A stretch of DNA of 64,000 nt. It comes from a bacterium. Lineage in GTDB: Bacteria > Electryoneota > Electryoneia > Electryoneales > Electryoneaceae. This document shows, piece after piece, positions 48,314 to 58,550 of this stretch. Both the position numbers and the translations under genes were made by a program. The stretch's first letter is position 1; each line of letters opens with the position of its first letter. The notes under the pieces are model-generated. The model was not told where the DNA came from. It searched no databases and saw only the letters and a list, made by a program, of their open reading frames with translations. The stretch lies in contig OY769902.1 of assembly GCA_963669175.1 (NCBI GenBank), forward strand, positions 960,001 to 1,024,000. Direction: 5' to 3'.

Positions 48314-51300
48314 ATGAGGTCCGGCAACCACAGTCTACAGGTCTCTTTTGTCTGCGTGGTGGTGTGTCTTGGAGTATTCTTGTCCAAAGTGCAAGCCGTC
48401 GAGTTTCCAATACTGTTTCATGAAACTGCCAATCCGCTAAGCCCTACAGGTTTTGCTGCAGGCGATCTGACGGGTGACAATTTTCCCGACCTTTTCTGTT
48501 ACGAGATCGATCATGCTACCGAATATTTCTGGATAGACGGGGCTTACGGTTGTTACACCGAAGCACACGAAATAGATATTGACCGGGAATGTGTATCCAC
48601 TGCGGTAATCGGTGATGTTACCGGGGACGGGAATGCCGATATCATACTCGCGTATGCACCCTATGACGACGAAACGCCAGAGTATACACTTCTTTACATT
48701 CTCGGTACCCCCACCGGACCTTCCAGTGACGAGGCCATCATTGAAGACGATGATTACGGGCTGCGATGGATCGAGTTGGCGGATATGGATAACGATGGTG
48801 ACCTGGACATTGTCGGACTATCCTCTGCCTTCGGCGCCCTATACGTGTGGTTAAATGATGGAACCGGACAGTTCAGTCCGCAAGCCGGCATCGACATCGT
48901 AGGAATCCAACATGCAACATTGGGTGATATGGATAATGATGGCGACCTGGATATCGTTGCTGTTGTCACCAATGATGCGATAGGGGTTTTTTACCAGGAA
49001 ACCCTTACCCAGTATACGTTTCAGGAAGTAGAGGCAGGTTTTGATGATGGTGAATGTCTGAATCTGAAGGATCTCGATGGGGATGGTGACCTGGAAATCA
49101 TCGCCTGTGGAGTGACCGATGGCGATACCAAATGGTGGGACAACACGGAGGAAGGATTTGTTGGCCATTTCCTGATCGCGACACATGGCTTATATGCAGG
49201 CGCTGAAGATATGGATGGGGATGGCGACCCGGATATTGTCCTGGTTACTGAAGAAGCGTGGCGTATCTGGATCAATGATGGTTTTGGTCAGTTCACCATG
49301 TTTTCCAACAGGACAGGGGAATTCTCACAACAGGTAGCCTTGATAGACCTGGCCGGTGATGGCTGTGCCGACATGTTTACCATAAGGAGCCATGAACTGT
49401 GCATCTATGAAAACGATGGTATGGCCATGGTGAATACGAGCACGGTAAGCACATTGATGTCCTGGGATGTGTCCCTGGTGGACTGGGACAACGACAATGA
49501 TCTGGACCCGTTAGTATACCCGTTAAACCGGAATCATCAGGCGCTGGTGGTTTATAGAAATGACGGCGACATGGACTTTACGTTTTATGGTTTTCCGGGC
49601 GCTCAGAATTATACAATGTTTGCAAACCCGGCAGATCTCGATCAGGATGGCGATCTCGATATTCTGACCGCTGACAATTCAGCGCAAAGCCAGCTATCGT
49701 GGTGGGAGCACACCATCAATATCACAGGAGTTTTCCACCTTATCCCTGGATTCGCGAATTTAACAAACATACAATGTATTGACTATAACGACGATGAAGC
49801 GCCGGACTTCTTCTGTGTCTGGGATAGTCGATATGTTCGGTTTTACATCAACGACGGGACGGCTGGTTTTTATACCTGGGAGGAAGGTAGTGTATCCGGG
49901 GTCATCGAGATGGCCTGTTGTGCTGATCTGGATAATGATGGTGATATCGATGTTGTCGCCTGTGGGCAGACCAATCCCGAAGAAACAACGTGTACCTGGA
50001 TTCTCGAGAATACCGGCGACGGAAACTTCACCAACCACCTGTTGCCCGGATATTATGGAACCCCACTCACGGGCGATTTTGATGAAGACAACGATAACGA
50101 CATCTTCATCCTGGGATTACCGAGTATCCTGCTGGAAAATGAAGGTAACCTGAGCTTTACTTCACATGTAATTGGGACACCCTCCGGGTACAAAGGCAAG
50201 GTAGTGGACTATGACAGTGATGGTGACCTGGATGTAGTTTGCACCGCTGGCTACGGTTATGATAGAGATGATATGGAGAATGTTGTTTTCTGGGAGAATG
50301 AAGGGAATCTGTCTTTTCGTCGACACATCCTGGTAGAAGCCTCGCATGCGTATAACCTGGATGTCGGAGATCTGGACGGGGATATGGATGTGGACATTCT
50401 CCTGTCCATGGGACGAGGCCTGAATGCTTCACAAGTCCTCTGTGTTGAACAACTCTCCGAAGCAGTTTTCAGCTATGAGTTTTCACTTTCTTTACCCTAT
50501 CACAACGAAATTATTACCAATGATACGGTAACTGTGAGCTGGTATTTTGATCAGATTCCTCTCCCCGCAACACCACAGGTGTTCGAAGTATTTTGGGATA
50601 CCACACGCGAGTTGACCAACGGCTGGTCTGCCACCTGCCTGGAACACAGTTTCGAGATCACCGGGTTCGGTGATTTACTGGCAGCACGAGGATTGGATGA
50701 ATTGCCAGATAATACGGTGATTTATTGGGATGTACGCACCATGATAAATGGTCAATGGATTTGGGGACGTGGACTGCCACGGCGTTTTGCGGTACATGTT
50801 CCTGATCCCCCTGAACCATTTCACCTGTTTTCGCCAGACGGAGATACCACCTTAGACGATAGGATGGCTTTCACCTGGTATTCTACCAGTGATCCGGATG
50901 CAGATGATGAAATAAGATACAGTTTGTGTCTCAGTAGTTTTTCGGATCTTGCTGAAGCCTGGTTCCCCAGAACCGGCCAGAGAGATACTGCAGTTGTCTG
51001 GAACGGTTTCGAGGACGATCAATGCTATTACTGGACTGTAACGGCAACCGATCTGACTGACAATGTTACCTGGGCGCTGGATACATTGGTATTTTTCACA
51101 GCCTTTCCTGATCCGCCCAATTCTTTCCAAAGGTTTGCCCCCTGGAATGATGATACTGTTACTGAGGATACGGTGACTGTCAGGTGGACGGTTGAAGGCG
51201 ATCCTGATCCGGGTGATTCAGTGCATTACATGGTACACTGGTCGCTGGATGCAAACATGGGAACCTGCGACAGCATGGAGACCGGGGAAAACTGGCTGTC

Positions 51301-52417
51301 CATCGGCAGTGTGTCCGAGGTATTGGCTGCGTTACGACACGGGCAAGACCATGAAGGTATCCAGACGTATTATGAACTGAATGAATTGCCGGATAACCAT
51401 ACGCTGTATTGGCGGGTGAAGGCTGTGGATGAACAGGGGCATGCTGTTTGGGCCGACAGCACCACAGAGCCCTGGTGTTTTCATGTCGCTGTCGGAGATG
51501 CGCCTGCGCCGTTTGACCTTGTAGCGCCCAATGATGAGGAAGTTTGTACACTGTTGCCGGTGTTGTTCAAATGGCAACAGACATCCGATCCGGATCCGTC
51601 TGACAGTATTACCTATGAATTCTGGATCGATACTACGGCGGTCATGTCCACACGCTGGATGATTGCGGACCGGATTACGGATACCACCTATACACTGGAA
51701 GACACCCTGGAACAGGACCGGCCCATCTACTGGCGGGTGCATGCACGTGATACGAATACCTCCGGAAGGTGGTCCAGCGACATTTTCTCCTTTGTCCTGT
51801 CGGTACCTGAACCACCGCGACCGTTCAGCCTGCTTGAACCTGAGGATCATACGGTCATCGATCAAGAAGAGCAATTTCCTGTCGTATTTCGCTGGGAAAA
51901 TAATGGTGATCCGGATGCGGAAGATTCACTCACGTACAACTTCTTCCTGTGCACCGACAGCACATTTCATGCTGTTGACTGGTACTATGTAACGAGATCG
52001 GACAGTATAGAATTCGACTCGCTTGAATGTGAGACGTACTGGTGGCGGGTAAAAGCAATTGATACCCAGGGATTGGAATGTTTCAGCGCCCAGACCTGGC
52101 GCCTGGATGTGACCCTGCCAGTCGTTGACGATCAATTCAGTGGCATTCCGACCGAATTCGGTATTGCCGGAGTGTATCCCAACCCCTTTAACAATACCGC
52201 ATCTGTAGTGGTTGGTCTTCCATGTGCCAGCGAGATTTCCCTGGTTGTATACAACATTCGAGGACAGCAGGTGGCTACACTCGCCCAAGGGCAAGCTCTG
52301 GCGGAAGGATACCACACGCTGACCCTGAACGGTGACAGGTTGGCCAGTGGTGTGTATTTCGTGAAGTTCAACGCGGCACAACACTCGGATATCCGAAGAG
52401 TAATACTGTTGAAGTGA
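48314..52417 (+). CDS. Large secreted FG-GAP/VCBS-repeat protein with Fn3-like repeats and T9SS-type CTD
   Basis: Many D.D.DGD.D repeats, about five 'P.PF.L..P' Fn3-like modules, YPNPFN CTD. Start near 48311-48314 after GGAAGGAG. Confidence 0.85.
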   Translation: MRSGNHSLQVSFVCVVVCLGVFLSKVQAVEFPILFHETANPLSPTGFAAGDLTGDNFPDLFCYEIDHATEYFWIDGAYGCYTEAHEIDIDRECVSTAVIGDVTGDGNADIILAYAPYDDETPEYTLLYILGTPTGPSSDEAIIEDDDYGLRWIELADMDNDGDLDIVGLSSAFGALYVWLNDGTGQFSPQAGIDIVGIQHATLGDMDNDGDLDIVAVVTNDAIGVFYQETLTQYTFQEVEAGFDDGECLNLKDLDGDGDLEIIACGVTDGDTKWWDNTEEGFVGHFLIATHGLYAGAEDMDGDGDPDIVLVTEEAWRIWINDGFGQFTMFSNRTGEFSQQVALIDLAGDGCADMFTIRSHELCIYENDGMAMVNTSTVSTLMSWDVSLVDWDNDNDLDPLVYPLNRNHQALVVYRNDGDMDFTFYGFPGAQNYTMFANPADLDQDGDLDILTADNSAQSQLSWWEHTINITGVFHLIPGFANLTNIQCIDYNDDEAPDFFCVWDSRYVRFYINDGTAGFYTWEEGSVSGVIEMACCADLDNDGDIDVVACGQTNPEETTCTWILENTGDGNFTNHLLPGYYGTPLTGDFDEDNDNDIFILGLPSILLENEGNLSFTSHVIGTPSGYKGKVVDYDSDGDLDVVCTAGYGYDRDDMENVVFWENEGNLSFRRHILVEASHAYNLDVGDLDGDMDVDILLSMGRGLNASQVLCVEQLSEAVFSYEFSLSLPYHNEIITNDTVTVSWYFDQIPLPATPQVFEVFWDTTRELTNGWSATCLEHSFEITGFGDLLAARGLDELPDNTVIYWDVRTMINGQWIWGRGLPRRFAVHVPDPPEPFHLFSPDGDTTLDDRMAFTWYSTSDPDADDEIRYSLCLSSFSDLAEAWFPRTGQRDTAVVWNGFEDDQCYYWTVTATDLTDNVTWALDTLVFFTAFPDPPNSFQRFAPWNDDTVTEDTVTVRWTVEGDPDPGDSVHYMVHWSLDANMGTCDSMETGENWLSIGSVSEVLAALRHGQDHEGIQTYYELNELPDNHTLYWRVKAVDEQGHAVWADSTTEPWCFHVAVGDAPAPFDLVAPNDEEVCTLLPVLFKWQQTSDPDPSDSITYEFWIDTTAVMSTRWMIADRITDTTYTLEDTLEQDRPIYWRVHARDTNTSGRWSSDIFSFVLSVPEPPRPFSLLEPEDHTVIDQEEQFPVVFRWENNGDPDAEDSLTYNFFLCTDSTFHAVDWYYVTRSDSIEFDSLECETYWWRVKAIDTQGLECFSAQTWRLDVTLPVVDDQFSGIPTEFGIAGVYPNPFNNTASVVVGLPCASEISLVVYNIRGQQVATLAQGQALAEGYHTLTLNGDRLASGVYFVKFNAAQHSDIRRVILLK

Positions 52418-52526
52418 TACGAGGTTAAGAGGGTAAAAAAGGTTAAAAAGGTAAAGAAGGTAAGGAAGACGCGTGGCCCGACTGCTTGCTGTCGGGAAGC
52501 GTTCCTGTCGTTTCCGTATCATCCAG

Positions 52527-52550
52527 GTAGCCCGGCCATGCCTGGCCGGG
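52527..52550 (+). repeat. GTAG-type REP palindrome
   Basis: GTAG-CCCGGCCA-TGCC-TGGCCGGG. Confidence 0.65.
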
Positions 52551-52577
52551 GGATATGCTGAAAGAAAAGAGGGCTAA

Positions 52578-53048
52578 CCCGGATATTTCACGAACGAAAC
52601 ATGGATAATCATCTTAACACATTTCATATCAGCACAATACAACTGATTCATACAGCTTTTTTATGGGTACAGTTTGCTCCGGTATCCCTTTGCGTGCCTA
52701 TTCCCTGTTTCGCTGGCAAAATGAGGCTGAGTATCGGCAACCGCCCCGGCATGGGCAACCTGTATTAGCCCCGGGCAGCCGCCGTCAGTTTGGCGGCTAC
52801 CCGGGGAGATAATGCGCACCATATATTTACTCCGGAAGGAGTAACCTGATAATTATCAAAAGTATACAGTGGAAATATTCAGGCAACCCGCTGCCGGGGT
52901 TGGCAAGTAGCGTACATCCTATTCCCACCGTGAGCGCCAAACAGACGGCGCTGGACGGTGGGCTAATCCAGGGAACCACTGCCGTGGTTCTTGCACTGGC
53001 CATTCCATCAAATACCACATTTGAAATTGCATTGGTGAAATATTCGGG
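52578..53048. mobile_element. 471-bp MITE with 14-bp TIRs and CTAA target duplication, carrying REP-like palindromes
   Basis: CTAA|CCCGGATATTTCAC ... GTGAAATATTCGGG|CTAA (13/14). Internal palindromes at ~52768-52806 and ~52924-52962. Confidence 0.75.
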
Positions 53049-53148
53049 CTAACTTCTTGATATGATTAAAAATAAACCCCGCCGGACAAGCCGGACGGGG
53101 CCAATAGACAAATCGGGCGGGACCAAATAATGTCGTAAAAATCTGTTG

Positions 53149-54567
53149 TTACTGCATCAACTTCGCCGCAAGAATACCGGTCAATTCTTCGATCTTCGGC
53201 CGTTCCGGTTGATCAAGGGTGTCACGGTCACGAATGGTAACTGTCCGGTCTTCCAGTGTCTGATGATCCACCGTGATGCAGAACGGCGTTCCCGCTTCAT
53301 CCTGCCTGCGGTAGCGACGTCCGATATTGCCCTGCTCGTCGTAGAACACGTTGAAGTGCTTACGCAATTCCTCGTGAATCTCACGTGCGATTTCAGGCAT
53401 GCCATCTTTCTTGAACAGCGGGAAAACAGCCGCTGTATAGGGCGCCAGCTTCGGATCAAGTTTCATGACTACACGTGTGCTGCCATCAACCTCGTCCTCG
53501 TGGTACGCATCCAGCAGGATCGCCAGCAGGCCACGGTTCAGCCCGGCAGAGGTTTCAACGATATATGGGATAAAGCGTTCACGGGTCTGATCATCGAAAT
53601 AGGTCAGATCCTTTTCCTTGCCACTGAACTCGGCATGGCGTTTCAGGTCATAATCGGTACGGTTATGTACACCTTCAAACTCATCCCAGCCGAAGGGGAA
53701 ATTGTACTCGATGTCGTAAGCGGCCTTGGCGTAATGGGCCAGTTCGTTCTTGCCATGTTCGTGGAAACGGAGGTTCTCTTCACGAATGCCGCAGACATCC
53801 CGCCAGAATGCCATACGTTCTTTCTTCCAGTATTCCATGGCCTCATCATCCTGACCCGGCGCCAGGAAATACTGCATTTCCATCTGTTCGAACTCACGTG
53901 TCCGGAAGATGAAGTTACCGGGGGTGATCTCGTTACGGAAAGCCTTGCCTATCTGGGCGATTCCGAACGGCACCTTAAGGCGTGAGACTGTTTGCACTTG
54001 CGGGTAATCGACATAAATGCCCTGCGCGGTTTCAGGACGCAGGTAAACCGCATTGCCTGAGTCTTCCACCGGGCCGACATGGGTTTTGAACATCAGGTTA
54101 AAACTCCGTGGCGGTGTCAATGTGCCACGCTGGCCGCAGTTCGGGCAGGGAAGCTGGACATAGCTCGGATGGTTCGGATCGAGATCGCCATCTGCTGTGA
54201 GCGGTGGTTCATCAATTTTCTTGGCGGTTTTCGCGTGCTTGGCCAGGTCATCCGCCTTGAACCGTGACTTACAGTTCTTGCAATCGATCAACGGGTCCAC
54301 GAAACCGTCCACATGCCCACTGGCTTCCCAGGTGCGCGGATGATAGATAATCGCGGAGTCGATGCCCACAATATTGTCATGCTTACGGACCATCTCACGC
54401 CACCACAGGTCAGCGAGCTTACGCTTCATCTCGATACCAAGGGGACCGTAATCGTAAGAAGACCCGATGCCGCCGTAAATCTCGCTGGTCGGCATGACAA
54501 ACCCACGCCGTTTCGCCAACGATACGACCAGGTCCAGTACGCTTTTTTCCTTGTTCTGCTTGCCCAT
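53149..54567 (-). CDS. glyQS: Glycine--tRNA ligase (alpha2, eukaryote/archaea-like type)
   Basis: 'KRRGFV..SEIYGG', 'YDYGPLG', 'YLRPETAQG', 'GKAFRNEITPGNFIFRTREFEQME', 'IGRRYRRQDEAGTPFC'. Confidence 0.96.
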   Translation of the reverse strand: MGKQNKEKSVLDLVVSLAKRRGFVMPTSEIYGGIGSSYDYGPLGIEMKRKLADLWWREMVRKHDNIVGIDSAIIYHPRTWEASGHVDGFVDPLIDCKNCKSRFKADDLAKHAKTAKKIDEPPLTADGDLDPNHPSYVQLPCPNCGQRGTLTPPRSFNLMFKTHVGPVEDSGNAVYLRPETAQGIYVDYPQVQTVSRLKVPFGIAQIGKAFRNEITPGNFIFRTREFEQMEMQYFLAPGQDDEAMEYWKKERMAFWRDVCGIREENLRFHEHGKNELAHYAKAAYDIEYNFPFGWDEFEGVHNRTDYDLKRHAEFSGKEKDLTYFDDQTRERFIPYIVETSAGLNRGLLAILLDAYHEDEVDGSTRVVMKLDPKLAPYTAAVFPLFKKDGMPEIAREIHEELRKHFNVFYDEQGNIGRRYRRQDEAGTPFCITVDHQTLEDRTVTIRDRDTLDQPERPKIEELTGILAAKLMQ

Positions 54568-54587
54568 CTTTTTATCCTCTTCTTAGG

Positions 54588-55024
54588 GAGTTACAAAGTT
54601 TGAAAGTTTGAAAGTTACAAAGTTATTGGATTTATAGACAGTGCCCGACTTGCTTGTAAGCGCCTGTTTATCTTCAAGCATTTCATTCGTTGCAACTCTG
54701 TCACTGTGGTCTTGCTGCACACCCGGCAAATCGGGCCAGGCTTTTATGGAGTTGTAAAGTTTGAAAGTTAGTATGAAGTTGAAAAGTTGTAAAGTTTGAA
54801 AGTTCTAAAGTTATTGCATAATAGTAGTGACGCACTATTGGCCCCGTCCGGCTTGAAACACGCCGTAGCTTGCGAAGGCGGTTGTCCGGCGGGGTTTATT
54901 CTAATTCCGATCGAAAGAATCAGTCCGCTTATTCCCTCGAGATCCCCGTTAGATCCCCGCCTTCTCGGGGAGGGGATGACATCTGATGCGTGAATCTTTG
55001 AGCTTTCCAACTTTCCAACTTCAC
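54588..55024. repeat. 8-mer tandem repeats (AAAGTTTG/AAAGTTAC) interleaved with REP-like palindromes
   Basis: Tracts at about 54588-54626 and 54748-54815, an inverted tract at about 55000-55024, and a family 2 REP at 54835-54900. Confidence 0.75.
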
Positions 55025-55113
55025 AAAGAATATCCGCGGAATATAGGGGAGACCGGTCTTGGCAACAAGCTCAAATCTCTGCTATATCGCGAATGAAAGC
55101 GAGACCGGGATGT

Positions 55114-55830
55114 TCAGCCGACAGAGACACCGGTTGGCGACAGAAAGACCTCTGTCAGCAGATCCTGTATCTTTTGCCAAAGGGCAATGTCTCCCTGCAC
55201 AATAGCCTGGTTAATTTCAATCTCGTAACCAAGGTAGACCGAAGCGGGGTATTGCAGGCGGAGTTTCTGCACAAATCCGTCCTGAATACCGGTGTAAGGG
55301 TAATTCATGCGTATGCGAAGCTCAGGCATCCGTTGATTGATATGCTCTTTCCAGTCTACCGCCAGTTTACGTTCGTCGTTTCGCTTGGGATCATAAAGCA
55401 GCCCAAGGTCGCTGTTCCGCACTTCACCGTTCAAGACTGGCGTGAACGAATGAATAGACAAGTGCAGCACACGTTCATGCTGTTGTAATACATCCTCCAA
55501 GGCAATTTCCACAAGCCTGCGATACGGATGGTAAAAGTGATCCAGGATGTACTGTTTTTCCTGCGCAGCGAGATCACGGGTGATCTCGGAAAACAGGTTA
55601 CGGTGTCCGAGTGAACGGTTCGTGTCCACCAACAGGCGTGTTGCCTTGGCAGCCAAAACCGGCGCTTGGGCAATTTTTCCGATATGCAGGGCAAGGTCGA
55701 GAGCGCCGGGATCCCAGCCACGATGGCTGGAAAGCAGGGTGTTACACCCTTTGAACAACGGTCTATAGGCTTCAGGCACTTCTGCTGTCGCATGTTCGCA
55801 GCTTATTACCACACCGAATGTGTCAGGCAT
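55114..55830 (-). CDS. N-formylglutamate amidohydrolase family protein
   Basis: 'ISCEHA', 'SHRGWDPGA', 'TRLLVDTNRS', 'HLSIHSFTP', 'NYPY.G..DG', 'EIEINQ'. Confidence 0.88.
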   Translation of the reverse strand: MPDTFGVVISCEHATAEVPEAYRPLFKGCNTLLSSHRGWDPGALDLALHIGKIAQAPVLAAKATRLLVDTNRSLGHRNLFSEITRDLAAQEKQYILDHFYHPYRRLVEIALEDVLQQHERVLHLSIHSFTPVLNGEVRNSDLGLLYDPKRNDERKLAVDWKEHINQRMPELRIRMNYPYTGIQDGFVQKLRLQYPASVYLGYEIEINQAIVQGDIALWQKIQDLLTEVFLSPTGVSVG

Positions 55831-57070
55831 GGAACATCCTGCCTTCCGCCAGGCAGGTTTGCAGCCTGGAATACGTTTCTTTCAATGCCGCCCGTGATGG
55901 CTCCGGGCCGGTCGCCTTTAAAATGCGTGAGGCCAGCGGACCTTCTTTCAGAATGGTCTTCAACACACTTCCCCAGCCCTCCCCGGCCAGATCCTCGGGC
56001 AACAACAGCTCTTTCAGGAGATAGTCCCAGATTTCTCCCGCAGACATGGATTTCTCCTGTCGAATACCCAATACCCGCATCAGGTCAGGGCTTGATATCA
56101 CGCTATTGCCGCCATGTGTCAGGGTAGCAACAAACAGGGAAGCCAGCATTTCCGTATGCAACGAATGAAGCTCTTCAAGACTGCCCCAGCGTAATTCAGT
56201 CAACGCTTTTACAACAGCGACGATCATTGCCACAATAGCCATATCCGCTCGTGGGCATTCCTGAATATCTACAATTCGGATTTCGATGGCGCCACGATCA
56301 AACCGTGTGATCGCTCCCCGACTGTTCAGCCATTCATGCTGTAAAATTCCGTCCGGGTCATGGCTGGATATGTCACGGTACAACCGTTGCAGGATGTTTT
56401 CACGATATTCCGCCATCGAATGAACCACTTCCGGGATCACCAATCCGGTCAGGGAAGGAATCCGGCGTTGATTCAAACGATAATACTCCAGCCGTGTGTC
56501 CAGCAGACCGGAAGCCTTGCCATCAGCGAAGGGTGACGCGGCCGAAATCGCCGGTATCAGGGCCAGCACCACACGTATGGCGGCATGGAGTCGAATAAAC
56601 TCCTCGTCATTGGCAAAGGGCAGGTTGATATGAGTGGACTGAAGGTTGGACCAGCCATGTCCACGGCAACTGAAAATGCGGTCATAGCTGTGATAGACCT
56701 CGGTCTGCTCGTGCGGCCACAAGCGGGTTTCAGTCAGGGGGTCCATCCAGGGGTGCATGGCGGAAGGGAGCAGCGCGCCACCAAGACTTTCCAGCAGGTT
56801 GTTTGCCTTGTTGACATGATTCTGAAAATGCTGCGACAGACCCACAAGCGAGGGAGCCGGACCATTGGTTTTCATCTCCAGTACATGCATGACCAGCTCG
56901 TTGGACCAGGCCAGTTCCCCCAGTTCCACTTCGCTGACCTGCTCGCCAGCAGCTTCCGCCAGCACTTTATCGGCAACAGGGAATACATTCAGGGTGTCGT
57001 CCCGGACGATCATGTATTCCAGTTCAACACCATATCCTTTAAACAGGCCCAGGGGATAACTTTCACTCAT
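55823..57070 (-). CDS. Glutamate--cysteine ligase family 2 (GCS2)-like carboxylate-amine ligase
   Basis: 'GVELEYMIV', 'SNELVMHVLEMKT', 'AMHPWM', 'QSTHINL', 'AIEIRIVD'. Confidence 0.88.
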   Translation of the reverse strand: MSESYPLGLFKGYGVELEYMIVRDDTLNVFPVADKVLAEAAGEQVSEVELGELAWSNELVMHVLEMKTNGPAPSLVGLSQHFQNHVNKANNLLESLGGALLPSAMHPWMDPLTETRLWPHEQTEVYHSYDRIFSCRGHGWSNLQSTHINLPFANDEEFIRLHAAIRVVLALIPAISAASPFADGKASGLLDTRLEYYRLNQRRIPSLTGLVIPEVVHSMAEYRENILQRLYRDISSHDPDGILQHEWLNSRGAITRFDRGAIEIRIVDIQECPRADMAIVAMIVAVVKALTELRWGSLEELHSLHTEMLASLFVATLTHGGNSVISSPDLMRVLGIRQEKSMSAGEIWDYLLKELLLPEDLAGEGWGSVLKTILKEGPLASRILKATGPEPSRAALKETYSRLQTCLAEGRMFHA

Positions 57071-58542
57071 CAGTAGTTCCTCGCTTCTTTACGTTTTTCC
57101 ATGCGGCGCAGGAAAACGCGCATCACCTTGCGATAAACCTCATCTTTGTAATAACGGTCTTCAATCTTGTGTTCCAGGCTTGGATTGTCATTCACTTCAA
57201 TGACATACCACTGGTTTCCGATCTGTTTCAGGTCCACGCCATACAGGCCATCCCCGATCAGGTTTGCCGCTTTTAACGCAAGCTTCAGCCCTTTTGACGG
57301 AACATCTTCCACAGCAAGACACTCGAACAGTCCGTAATCCGTATCCCCTGTCCGTTTGTCGTAATGGGCAATCTGCCAGTGACGCGCTGCCATAAAATAT
57401 TTGGCCACGTAGAAGGGCTTCCGGTCCAGCACGCCAATCCGCCAGTCAAACGCAGTCGGTAAAAACTCCTGGGCGATAAGCAGGTCGGAGGCATCAAACA
57501 ACTTTGCCGCGATGCTTCTGCTTTCGGCTTCGTTGTCTGCCTTTTCCACCCCGAGCGAAGAGGAGCTGTCCGGTTGCTTCAGGATGCAGGGAAAGCCAAT
57601 GTCCTCCATGACATTGTCCAGGTTATCCTTGAACAGAATGCGTGTTTTCGGCGTCGGGATACCATTTTTAGTCAGCAGGTCAGCGAGGTAAACCTTATTG
57701 GTGCAGCGCAGGATCGAGGTGGGATCATCGATCACAACCAGTCCTTCAGCCTCAGCACGGCGGGCAAAACGGTAGGTGTAATGGTTCACGGCTGTTGTTG
57801 CACGGATAAACAACCCGTCAAATTCAGCCAGCCGCCCGTAATCCTGTTTCCCGATTATTTCAACCGCAATACCGAGGTCGCTCCCGGCACGGATGAATTT
57901 GTCTATCGCTTTCTGGTCGGAGGGACAGGTGATCACCGAGGGATCCCAAAGGATCGCCAGGTCAAAGCGTGTCTGAACCGTCGTGCGTGGACGATGATAG
58001 GAATGGCTGAAGAATTCTGTCGCTGCCGAAACTACAAACTCACGGTGTGGCTCCGGTATGCCACTCATCGGGATTGCGGTTATATTCTGTAATTCCCATT
58101 TCTGGTGACGGACAAAGGTAGCGCGAAGCAAGGGGGCCGGGAACAGCTTGAACAGGGCATTGCTCAACTTGTCATGTTTTTTGGCCAGGTTCTTTCCGAA
58201 ATAAATGCTCAGGTCAAACGTGTCCGATTGCAGCGAAGCGAGGCTCTTCTGCATCAGGGAATCCACTTCCTCAGAAGCCATCCGTGTCAGGGAAGGTGTC
58301 CGCAGATCCTGCATGGTCATAACCGTGGGAAACGGTTTATGCCCACGTGCTTCCGCCAGCAGAGAGACATAATACCCGAGCGACTGGTATTTGTACTGAC
58401 GGCAGAGGTTGAACACCTTGGCCCGTTTCAACTTGCTGAATTCGGCGTCCATCAGGTACGACTGAGCTGTCACCACACGCACGCCCGGTAGCGAATGCGG
58501 CCAATCCTTCTCTCGGGTAATAACGACCAGGGTTTCCATCAT
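57070..58542 (-). CDS. RimK-family ATP-grasp ligase with RLAN N-terminal domain
   Basis: 'FNLCRQYKYQSLGYYVSLLAEARGH' (RLAN), 'CTNKVYL', 'LKQPDSS.S.GV', 'QEFLPT.FDWR', 'GVDLK...IEVNDNP'. Confidence 0.9.
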   Translation of the reverse strand: MMETLVVITREKDWPHSLPGVRVVTAQSYLMDAEFSKLKRAKVFNLCRQYKYQSLGYYVSLLAEARGHKPFPTVMTMQDLRTPSLTRMASEEVDSLMQKSLASLQSDTFDLSIYFGKNLAKKHDKLSNALFKLFPAPLLRATFVRHQKWELQNITAIPMSGIPEPHREFVVSAATEFFSHSYHRPRTTVQTRFDLAILWDPSVITCPSDQKAIDKFIRAGSDLGIAVEIIGKQDYGRLAEFDGLFIRATTAVNHYTYRFARRAEAEGLVVIDDPTSILRCTNKVYLADLLTKNGIPTPKTRILFKDNLDNVMEDIGFPCILKQPDSSSSLGVEKADNEAESRSIAAKLFDASDLLIAQEFLPTAFDWRIGVLDRKPFYVAKYFMAARHWQIAHYDKRTGDTDYGLFECLAVEDVPSKGLKLALKAANLIGDGLYGVDLKQIGNQWYVIEVNDNPSLEHKIEDRYYKDEVYRKVMRVFLRRMEKRKEARNY

Positions 58543-58550
58543 CCATCCTC

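Noticed and set aside
54568-55113. T-box riboswitch upstream of glyQS
   Set aside because: No T-box consensus (GGTGGNACCGCG) seen on the minus strand; the region consists of tandem repeats and REPs.
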